Source: a virus
Taxonomy: Duplodnaviria > Caudoviricetes
Virus record (IMG/VR): IMGVR_UViG_3300012663_000053
Span: 1 to 29,010 of that record
Strand: one strand, 5' to 3'
Length of the DNA stretch: 29,010 bases
Shown: positions 15,549 through 23,314 of the stretch, one piece after another
Layout: the number at the start of each line of letters is the position of its first letter
Numbering within the stretch: the first letter of the stretch is position 1
The notes under the pieces: generated by a model
The model's input: the letters and a program-made list of their open reading frames with translations, nothing else
Told to the model about the DNA's origin: nothing
Databases searched by the model: none
Position numbers and translations under genes: made by a program

Positions 15549-17411
15549 ATGGCATTTCAAAAATTAAACTTTAAGCCCGGAGTAAACCGAGACCAAACTA
15601 ACTACAGTAATGAAGGTGGTTGGTATGAGTGCGACAAAATCCGGTTCCGTTCAGGCAAACCACAAAAGATTGGTGGTTGGCTTAAGTATTCCACAAGCGT
15701 ACTTATTGGTGTGTGTCGGCAGATGTTTGGCTGGATTACCTCGTATAACGATAACTTCCTTGCGCTTGGGACTAATGCCAAAGTTTACATTGAGGCCGGC
15801 ACAATCCTGTATGACATTACGCCTATTCGGGCTACATTTTCTTCCCCTGCTACAAATAACTGCCTAGCCACAACAAATGGCTCATTGGTAATTACCGCTA
15901 CTATTACTGCGCACGGTGCTAATGCGGGGGATTATGTGACTTTTAGTGGGTCTAACGCAGTGGGCGGCATTACTGCTACCACCATAAATACAATCCATTT
16001 AATTACTAATGTAACTGTAAACACGTTTACCTTTTCTGTAGCTACAGCCGCTACCTCAACCGTTGCTGCCGGTGGTGGCACAAGCATATTTGCAAAGTTC
16101 CAAATCCATGTAGGGTATGAAGCCTCTGCGTTTGGTTATGGTTGGGGCACGGACGGGTGGGGCGTTAATGGCTGGGGCTTAGGCTCTAATCAACCAATTG
16201 CGGTTAATCAGACTGATTGGTGGTTTGATAACTTTGACAATGATCTGGTAATGAATATCCGAAATGGCGCTATTTATTATTGGACGCGTGGTTCTAGTAC
16301 TAGCCCAGCATCGGCGTTATCTACACCGGCAATTCTTTTATCTGCGGTAGCTGGTGCGGCAAGTGTGCCTGAGTTGGCTATGCAGGTTCTGAACTCCCAA
16401 AATGATAAGCACGTAATTGCTTTTGGTGCCACGCCATATTATGCGTCTGGGGCAGTCCCCCAGTTTGATCCAATGCTTATTCGTTGGGCAAGCCAAGATG
16501 AGCCTGCTAACTGGCGGCCACTATCTAGTAACTCTGCTGGCTTTATTCGCGCAACTAATGGCTCAAAGATTGTTCGTGCTATGCGGACTCGGCAGGAAAT
16601 TCTTGTTTGGACGGATACCGCACTATATTCAATGCAGTATTTGGGCACAACAGATGTGTTTAGTTTGCAAGAGCTTGGGTCTAATACGTCAATTATTGGG
16701 CCACGCGCTGTAGCTACAGCTAACAATCTTACCTTTTGGATGGGTCAGGATAAGTTTTACGTATACAGTGGACGGGTTGATACCTTACCTTGCACGCTTC
16801 GTGACCACGTATTCCTTAACTTAAACTATGACCAGATTGACCAGATTATTTCTGGCACCAATGAGGGATACCATGAAGTATGGTGGTTCTATCCTACGGC
16901 TAACAGCAACACCGTTAACGCCTACGTTATCTACAACTACTTTGAGCAGGTTTGGTATTATGGGACGATGGATCGCACGGCTTGGTTGGATAGTCCGTTG
17001 CGCCAGTATCCGCAGGCAGTTGGTGCTAATTACATACTGAACCACGAGCAGGGTACCAATAATGATACGCTTCCAATGTCTGCTTATATAACGTCTTCAG
17101 ACTTTGATATTGAAGACGGCGAACATTTTATGCTGGTAAAACGGATTATTCCGGACATTAATTTTAGTGGATCTACCGCAGATGCTCCAACAGTTGCTAT
17201 TACATTAACCCCACACAATTATCCCGGTGCCGCATATACAATAGTTGCGCCAAAAAGTGTGGTAGAAACGTCATCAGATGTCTATACTGAGCAAGTATTT
17301 ATACGGGTTAGAGCGCGCCAAATGGGGTTTAAAATAGAGTCAGATGCGTTGAACACTCAATGGCAGCTTGGCACCCCGCGTTTAGATGCTCGTGCAGACG
17401 GTAAGAGATAA
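15549..17411 (+). CDS. Putative tail nozzle / DNA stabilisation protein (tail tubular protein B or P22 gp10-like)
   Basis: 620 aa, beta-propeller-like and Trp-rich; KPGVNR...GGW, IRWASQ, ILVWTD, FWMG, EVWWFYP, RARQ and WQLG motifs; immediately precedes the internal virion genes. Confidence 0.7.
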   Translation: MAFQKLNFKPGVNRDQTNYSNEGGWYECDKIRFRSGKPQKIGGWLKYSTSVLIGVCRQMFGWITSYNDNFLALGTNAKVYIEAGTILYDITPIRATFSSPATNNCLATTNGSLVITATITAHGANAGDYVTFSGSNAVGGITATTINTIHLITNVTVNTFTFSVATAATSTVAAGGGTSIFAKFQIHVGYEASAFGYGWGTDGWGVNGWGLGSNQPIAVNQTDWWFDNFDNDLVMNIRNGAIYYWTRGSSTSPASALSTPAILLSAVAGAASVPELAMQVLNSQNDKHVIAFGATPYYASGAVPQFDPMLIRWASQDEPANWRPLSSNSAGFIRATNGSKIVRAMRTRQEILVWTDTALYSMQYLGTTDVFSLQELGSNTSIIGPRAVATANNLTFWMGQDKFYVYSGRVDTLPCTLRDHVFLNLNYDQIDQIISGTNEGYHEVWWFYPTANSNTVNAYVIYNYFEQVWYYGTMDRTAWLDSPLRQYPQAVGANYILNHEQGTNNDTLPMSAYITSSDFDIEDGEHFMLVKRIIPDINFSGSTADAPTVAITLTPHNYPGAAYTIVAPKSVVETSSDVYTEQVFIRVRARQMGFKIESDALNTQWQLGTPRLDARADGKR

Positions 17412-17413
17412 TT

Positions 17414-17677
17414 ATGGGGCTTAAAAGATTTACATCCCCCGCTCTTCCCCTTGCTCCACAGGCATATGACAGGGAGTATTTGGATCAATTAGTGCGGGTG
17501 CTTAACCTGTATTTTAAGCAGCTTGATTCCAGTTCTGGAATAGTTGTGGATAACTTATCTCTTAGTGTTAGGGAAGGGTCGGTAACAATACCAACTCAAG
17601 TTGACCTAGCAAATTTGCGTGTGGGCGATGTTTATATGGATACCACAGCAAGCAACGTATTAAAGGTGAAAACATGA
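17414..17677 (+). CDS. Small protein following the nozzle (87 aa)
   Basis: PALPLAPQAYDREYLDQLVRVLNLYF helix, then a short beta tail (GDVY...LKV); coupled to the next gene by ATGA. Confidence 0.8.
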   Translation: MGLKRFTSPALPLAPQAYDREYLDQLVRVLNLYFKQLDSSSGIVVDNLSLSVREGSVTIPTQVDLANLRVGDVYMDTTASNVLKVKT

Positions 17678-20592
17678 ACGGATTAGGCGCACTGCAAAAC
17701 TACGTTACTGGCGGCCAAGTTACTCAAGCTTATAATGAACTTTTAGTCCGGTTCCCTGACGCTGGTGGGCTTCAGTTTTACACCAATCCTGATCTTAGTT
17801 TAGCTGATCTAAAAGCACAGTTAGCTGGGTCCGAAGAAGGTCGGGCTTTTTTAGCTTCGCAAGCACCTACAGGTTCAGCCGCTGCAATGCAAGCAAGCAA
17901 TACTGTAGCCCCCGGAACTATGGGTGCTGGTGTACAGCCAACCACAGTCGCTGATCTCTATACTAAATACCTTGGGCGTGAGGCTGATGCAGGTGGTTTA
18001 GAATCATGGACAAAACAGTTTGGTCCAACCGTAGATGCTAATGAACTAGCTAGATTTTTAGGTGCCGCGTCTACTAAAGCTGAAATCGCGTCTAAAGCAA
18101 GCCCAGTAACTACAGGCGTAGCAAACACTACTGGAGCCGCCACTACGGGTGGTGCGAGTACTACTGGGGCTACTACTGGGGCTGTTACTACGGGTGGCGC
18201 AAGTACTACTGCAAATCCAGCGCTTACAGTTGCCGATCTTTATACTACGTATCTTGGCCGCACACCTGATGCTAGCGGGCTTAACTCGTGGACCCAACAG
18301 TTTGGTGATGAAGTAGACGCTACAGAGCTTGCTAAGTTTCTTAATGCGGATTCTACTAAAAAAGAAATAGCGGCTAAAAATAACACTACGGATTCTGGTC
18401 CAAACACCAACACCAATACCAACACAAGCATAGGAACTAATGTTACTGATAATAATACTGTAACTACAGGAGATTATGCTGGATTTACCGGAACAGCTAA
18501 AGCTCGTGCTGATGTTGAAGCCGCGTTTAACCAGTATCTTGGTAGAGCCCCAACTGAAAATGATTTTACGTATTACGCTAACCAGTTAATTAATGGGGGC
18601 AAAACTCTTTCGCAGTTACAGTCAGATATTAGCGGAACTCCAGAAGGGCAAAGTTGGTACAAAGCACAAAACCCAACTACAACCGATACGGGTGGCCTCA
18701 CAACTATTACGCCGGGAGTTACAACTACTAACCCAGCAAAAGCACTAAATAGAGATCAAATTAATGCGATGTATCTTAAAACATTTGGCCGCGCAGGTGA
18801 CCAAGGCGGTTTAGATGCATATCAACAAGCGGGGGTAACTAGAGACCAACTGGTTAATAGTTTTTTGAATAGCCAAGAATATCGTATGCCTACAGGCATT
18901 CAAGGCATTGCACCACGTAGAGAAGCTGCAACACTACAAGGCCCTACAGACTTTGGTACACCTGCCTATATGGGCGGGACTCCTATGACTCCTGTGACTG
19001 CAAAAGATTTAGGGTCACAGTTCGTTGCGCCAAAAGATTATGCGGAAGTATTTACGCCAGAGACAACATATACAACGCAAGACCCGATGCTAACAGAAGC
19101 TACTACTGAAGGTGAGGCAGTTACAACAGGTGCGGGCGGTGGCTATGTTGGTGAAAATCCTGCTTATTCAGAATATATGGCAGGCCAAGCTGAAGGAGGC
19201 TCTGTAAATATGGCTCGTGGTGGAAGAGTGCCCTCACAACAGGGCCTGCATGGTCTCGCGCAAAGCATTGCGGATAAGGGTCGTGGCAGAGATTCTATGC
19301 TTGTACATATGACACCAGATGAAGTTCATGGGCTTCGGGCTTTGGCGCACGCTCAAGGACACGATCTGCCAATTAATCCACATACTGGGCTTCCAGAGGC
19401 AGGTTGGTTTAGTAAGTTGTTTAGAAATATTATGAAGGTTGTGCCGTTTGTTGCTCCATTTATTCCGGGACTTGGTTTGCTCGCCCAAGCTGGATTATCT
19501 GGGTTGGCTGGAGCTACAAGTGGTGGTGGTTTTAATTTTAAAAAAGGTCTGATGTCCGGCCTTATGAGTTATGGTGTAGGAAGTTTGGCGGAGGCGGCAA
19601 AAGGGGCAAGTGCAGTAGCAAGCGCAACGTCCACAGGAACTAGCGCGGCACAAGCAGCAAAGTCTTTAGTTGACCCATCACAAATTGGGCAAGGATACGG
19701 CACAATTGCTAAACAATATGTTACTTCTAATGCCCCAGAATTAGCAGTTAAAGGCGCTGGTAAAGTCGCTGAAATTAATGTTGATAACGCTATGCAAAGT
19801 GGGAATCTTGCTGCTCAAGAAACAGCTAAAGCCGCAGCAGCAGAAGCAGCAAAGGGTGGGGCTTCTATCGCATACCGACAAGCAGCACCAGCTATTAATG
19901 CAGCAGCAGGGCAAGCGGCGGCAGAGCAAATACCGGGAAATGTAATTAATAAAGGGTTGGCAGCAGTATCTGACTTTGGTACTAAGGTGGCTAGTTCAGC
20001 TAAAGATATGGGAACGACTGCGTACAACTTAGCAACTGACCCTGCTGCACGAAAAACATTTACAGAAACAATGGCAAAGAATGCTGCTGACAGCCCCAAT
20101 TTAGGACTACAAAATGCACTGACTGCAACTACTGTGGGCGGAACCGGGCTAGCCGCAGCAAATGCTGAAGAGAAATACGCCAAAGAACAAGCCGACATTA
20201 AAGCAGCTGAAGACGAAAAGAATGAGCGTATGCGTCGCCGTGTTGAGGAAATTATGCGCGGCAATCCGTTACCAGAAAATTTCTCAATGGCTGGTGGTGG
20301 TATGGCTTCATACGCTAGGGGTGGAAATAGCCCCAAAAACCCACGTATGTTAGATGGCCCCGGTGATGGTATGAGTGATAGCATCCCTGCTGTGATTGGC
20401 AATAAACAACCAGCAAGATTGGCTGATGGGGAGTTTGTTATTCCAGCAGATATTGTTTCCCACTTAGGCAACGGTTCATCTAAGGCTGGCTCAAAACAAC
20501 TTTACGCAATGATGGATAGAATTCGCAAGGCCCGTACCGGAAGATCATCACAAGCTCCGGAAGTTCGTGCTACTAAATTAATGCCCGCATAA
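17674..20592 (+). CDS. Putative internal virion / ejection protein (972 aa) with N-terminal DUF4214-like repeats
   Basis: Five Y...LGR.PD.GGL-type repeats, Thr-rich linkers, GRGRDSMLVHMTPDEV...INPHTGLPE, a hydrophobic Gly/Ala segment, and C-terminal GPGDGMSDSIPA...LADGEFVIPA. Confidence 0.8.
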   Translation: MNGLGALQNYVTGGQVTQAYNELLVRFPDAGGLQFYTNPDLSLADLKAQLAGSEEGRAFLASQAPTGSAAAMQASNTVAPGTMGAGVQPTTVADLYTKYLGREADAGGLESWTKQFGPTVDANELARFLGAASTKAEIASKASPVTTGVANTTGAATTGGASTTGATTGAVTTGGASTTANPALTVADLYTTYLGRTPDASGLNSWTQQFGDEVDATELAKFLNADSTKKEIAAKNNTTDSGPNTNTNTNTSIGTNVTDNNTVTTGDYAGFTGTAKARADVEAAFNQYLGRAPTENDFTYYANQLINGGKTLSQLQSDISGTPEGQSWYKAQNPTTTDTGGLTTITPGVTTTNPAKALNRDQINAMYLKTFGRAGDQGGLDAYQQAGVTRDQLVNSFLNSQEYRMPTGIQGIAPRREAATLQGPTDFGTPAYMGGTPMTPVTAKDLGSQFVAPKDYAEVFTPETTYTTQDPMLTEATTEGEAVTTGAGGGYVGENPAYSEYMAGQAEGGSVNMARGGRVPSQQGLHGLAQSIADKGRGRDSMLVHMTPDEVHGLRALAHAQGHDLPINPHTGLPEAGWFSKLFRNIMKVVPFVAPFIPGLGLLAQAGLSGLAGATSGGGFNFKKGLMSGLMSYGVGSLAEAAKGASAVASATSTGTSAAQAAKSLVDPSQIGQGYGTIAKQYVTSNAPELAVKGAGKVAEINVDNAMQSGNLAAQETAKAAAAEAAKGGASIAYRQAAPAINAAAGQAAAEQIPGNVINKGLAAVSDFGTKVASSAKDMGTTAYNLATDPAARKTFTETMAKNAADSPNLGLQNALTATTVGGTGLAAANAEEKYAKEQADIKAAEDEKNERMRRRVEEIMRGNPLPENFSMAGGGMASYARGGNSPKNPRMLDGPGDGMSDSIPAVIGNKQPARLADGEFVIPADIVSHLGNGSSKAGSKQLYAMMDRIRKARTGRSSQAPEVRATKLMPA
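17716..18885 (+). repeat. Five DUF4214 / S-layer-like helical repeats (about 45-50 aa each)
   Basis: Copies start near 17716, 17944, 18226, 18511 and 18757. Copies 2 and 3 share 36 of 49 residues by manual alignment. Confidence 0.8.
18127..18210 (+). repeat. Degenerate short tandem coding repeat (TTG[A/G] units)
   Basis: Encodes TTGAATTGGASTTGATTGAVTTGGASTT, built from ACTACTGG/ACTACGGG units. Confidence 0.75.
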
Positions 20593-20601
20593 GGAAAGAT
20601 C

Positions 20602-21570
20602 ATGGCAACTTCTACAGTAACTACAGCAGGGGACATTCCTGATTGGATGAAGGGGTTTTACACTGGGCAGCCTGCTGCTGGTGGACAAGCTGCTGTTCCG
20701 GGATTGCTTAATCGTGCTTATGCAGAATCAACTAAAGATTACTCTACCGCAAATAGCAACTTAGAAGCATCCGGACTTGCTGGACTTGGTGGTGTTGCTG
20801 GTATGTCCCAAGGCCAAACAGCGGTGGGCCAAGAACTATTTGGTATGAAAACACCGGGACAGTTTGGTCTTGGTACAGAAGCAGGACAAGCAGCGGCTGG
20901 AACATATGGTGGGCTAATGGGGCTACAAGGTCCCGGTGCGTTTAATTCTACAGTTGCCCAACAATACATGTCCCCGTATCAGCAGAATGTAACGGATATT
21001 GCACAACGTAATGCCATTGCAGAAGCGCAGAAGGCGCAGCTTAGTACTAACCTAGCTGCTGGCCGGCAGGGTACTTATGGTGGTGCGCGTCAAGCTCTCT
21101 TGCAAGGTGGGCGTGAAGCTGGTCTTCGTACTACACTGAGCGACATTGGCATTAAGGGGCTACAAGATGCGTATACGAATGCACAGTCTCAGTTTGAACG
21201 TGATCGTGGCGCTGAGTTAGCCCAGAATCAATTACGCTTAAATGCTGCTCAAGGTATGACTAGCCAAGCTAATACGTTTGGTAATCTTGGTACTGCACAG
21301 CAAACTGCTGACATTGACCGCTTGAAAACTACAGGCGCATACGGCGATCTGCAACGCGGAATTCAGCAACAACAGATGGATGCAGAAGCTAAGTATCGTA
21401 CTGATAAAGATTTGTTTGGTAAGCAGCAGATTGGTTACATGTCTGATGTTCTGCGTGGCGTACCACAATCAGATCAAACACAAACTACTACTACGCCCCC
21501 ACCTAGCTTTGCATCGCAACTTGCAGGTTTAGGTCTGACAGGGTTGAGCTTGTATAACACAATGAAATAA
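20602..21570 (+). CDS. Putative internal virion / DNA-ejection (pilot-like) protein (322 aa)
   Basis: Gln/Gly/Ala-rich helical protein with YMSPYQQNV and GTYGGARQA motifs and a hydrophobic C-terminus; RBS TAAGGA; position between ejection-type genes. Confidence 0.7.
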   Translation: MATSTVTTAGDIPDWMKGFYTGQPAAGGQAAVPGLLNRAYAESTKDYSTANSNLEASGLAGLGGVAGMSQGQTAVGQELFGMKTPGQFGLGTEAGQAAAGTYGGLMGLQGPGAFNSTVAQQYMSPYQQNVTDIAQRNAIAEAQKAQLSTNLAAGRQGTYGGARQALLQGGREAGLRTTLSDIGIKGLQDAYTNAQSQFERDRGAELAQNQLRLNAAQGMTSQANTFGNLGTAQQTADIDRLKTTGAYGDLQRGIQQQQMDAEAKYRTDKDLFGKQQIGYMSDVLRGVPQSDQTQTTTTPPPSFASQLAGLGLTGLSLYNTMK

Positions 21571-21578
21571 GGTTACTT

Positions 21579-23303
21579 ATGAGCATCCTCGGCGCAATCA
21601 AAGCACAGTCTGGCACGCTAACTGATTTAGCGAAACTGCCACAAGCCCTGATTATGCAAATGGCCCAGAAGGGTCAGATTGCACAGGATATGGTCATGCC
21701 TATTCTTTCTAAGAAGGCTGAGATGGTTGAGGCTGCGCGGGCTATGCAGAACGCCCAGCAACAAGGTGGCGTACCACCAACCACGGTACTTGAGCAGATT
21801 ATGCAGCAGAACGCTGTAGCAGAACAGCCAGCCCCCCAGATGCAGCAAGAGCAGGGGATACAGACGTTGGATACAGGCCGAATGAATCCAGAACGATATG
21901 CTGGCGGCGGCATTGTTGCGTTTGAAGGTGGCGGAGAAGTGCCTAGCTATGCTGGTACGACAGATGGTAGTGTTGTTGGTGATCCTGATGCCCGTCGGAA
22001 AGCCTTATTAGTGCAATTACAGCAAGCGCAAAAAGTTGGGGATACAATAAGTTCAGTTAGGCTGCAAGAAGAAATAAGAAAATTGACTCCAGAAGATAAC
22101 TCTTTTACAACCGGGCTAAGAAAGCTAGTGGAGGGCGTAATCCCATCTGCGGCTGCGGGGGAGCGGAATCAAACAGGGTATATAAGTGACCCAACGGTGG
22201 ATGCTATTCCTAGAAAAGCTGGTGCGCCTGTTATTAAAGAAGTTCCGGTTGTCGCCCCACCCGTGTCAACAAAACCAGTAGCCGTAAAAAGAGAAGAACC
22301 CGCAGGGTTAGTAACGGTCGCCCCTGTAAAAAAATCAAGAGCAGCGCCTAAACTTGTAGAGCAACCTAAAAAAGAACTCGCTCCGGTTGAAGTAACCGCT
22401 TCGTTAGACCTAGATACTCCTGTGTTTAAACCCCAGCTATTAACAGGCCGTGGGTTTGATACTGCGCAAGATAAGGCACGTACTGAAGAGTTTGCAACTG
22501 CTTATGGTGTGGATACTAAGTACTTTGATAAACAACGCCAGAAACTAGAAGAAGAAGGTAGGGAAATACCTAAGGAACAAGAACAAGCTAAGTGGATGGC
22601 ATTGGCCGAAGCTGGTCTTGCTATTGCCGCAGGTGATTCGCCTTATGCGTTGCAGAATATTGCTAAAGGTGGTGGTAAGGGCCTTGAGGCATACAAAGGC
22701 TACCAAAAAGATATTAAGGAAAAGCAACGCCTGCTTAAAGAACGTAACGCTAAAATTACTGAAGCGGAGCAGCTTGAGAAACGCGGGCAGTCAAACGCTG
22801 CTATGGCGCGTCGTGATGAAGCTGCAAAGTATGATGAACGTGTTGATGCATTCAATGCTACAGCTATGGCTAAAGCAGAAGAAAATAACCTTAAAGCTAC
22901 ATTTGAGATACAAAAAATCTTTTGGGATAGACTTAATTTCACTAACGATGAAAAAACTAAATTTAACCGTGAACTTACAATTCAAGGCATTACTAATCAA
23001 GCTGCAATGGCACGAGTTGCCGCACAGATAGTAGGCCAAAGACAAGTAGCTGAAACTATGGCAGGTAGACAAGGTACGATACCGGCTAAAGACCTTGCCA
23101 GATTGCGTATGGAAGTAGAATCTATGTATGGCCCAGGAATTAAAAAGGGGCTAAAAGATAAATACGGTAGTAACGCTAAAATTGATACAGAGTACAGAGC
23201 TCAAATAGATGCGAAAATTCGTGAAGTTATGGGAGAGTCCGGAACTCCAACGACTCAAACGGTCTCAACTAACTCGGGGTTTACACTACTATCTCCTGAA
23301 TAA
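21579..23303 (+). CDS. Putative internal virion / ejection protein (574 aa)
   Basis: Gln/Met-rich N-terminus, YAGGGIVAFEGGGEV, Pro-rich linker, ALAEAGLAIAAGDSPYALQNIAKG segment and a long coiled coil. Confidence 0.7.
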   Translation: MSILGAIKAQSGTLTDLAKLPQALIMQMAQKGQIAQDMVMPILSKKAEMVEAARAMQNAQQQGGVPPTTVLEQIMQQNAVAEQPAPQMQQEQGIQTLDTGRMNPERYAGGGIVAFEGGGEVPSYAGTTDGSVVGDPDARRKALLVQLQQAQKVGDTISSVRLQEEIRKLTPEDNSFTTGLRKLVEGVIPSAAAGERNQTGYISDPTVDAIPRKAGAPVIKEVPVVAPPVSTKPVAVKREEPAGLVTVAPVKKSRAAPKLVEQPKKELAPVEVTASLDLDTPVFKPQLLTGRGFDTAQDKARTEEFATAYGVDTKYFDKQRQKLEEEGREIPKEQEQAKWMALAEAGLAIAAGDSPYALQNIAKGGGKGLEAYKGYQKDIKEKQRLLKERNAKITEAEQLEKRGQSNAAMARRDEAAKYDERVDAFNATAMAKAEENNLKATFEIQKIFWDRLNFTNDEKTKFNRELTIQGITNQAAMARVAAQIVGQRQVAETMAGRQGTIPAKDLARLRMEVESMYGPGIKKGLKDKYGSNAKIDTEYRAQIDAKIREVMGESGTPTTQTVSTNSGFTLLSPE

Positions 23304-23314
23304 TAAGGCTTCAT

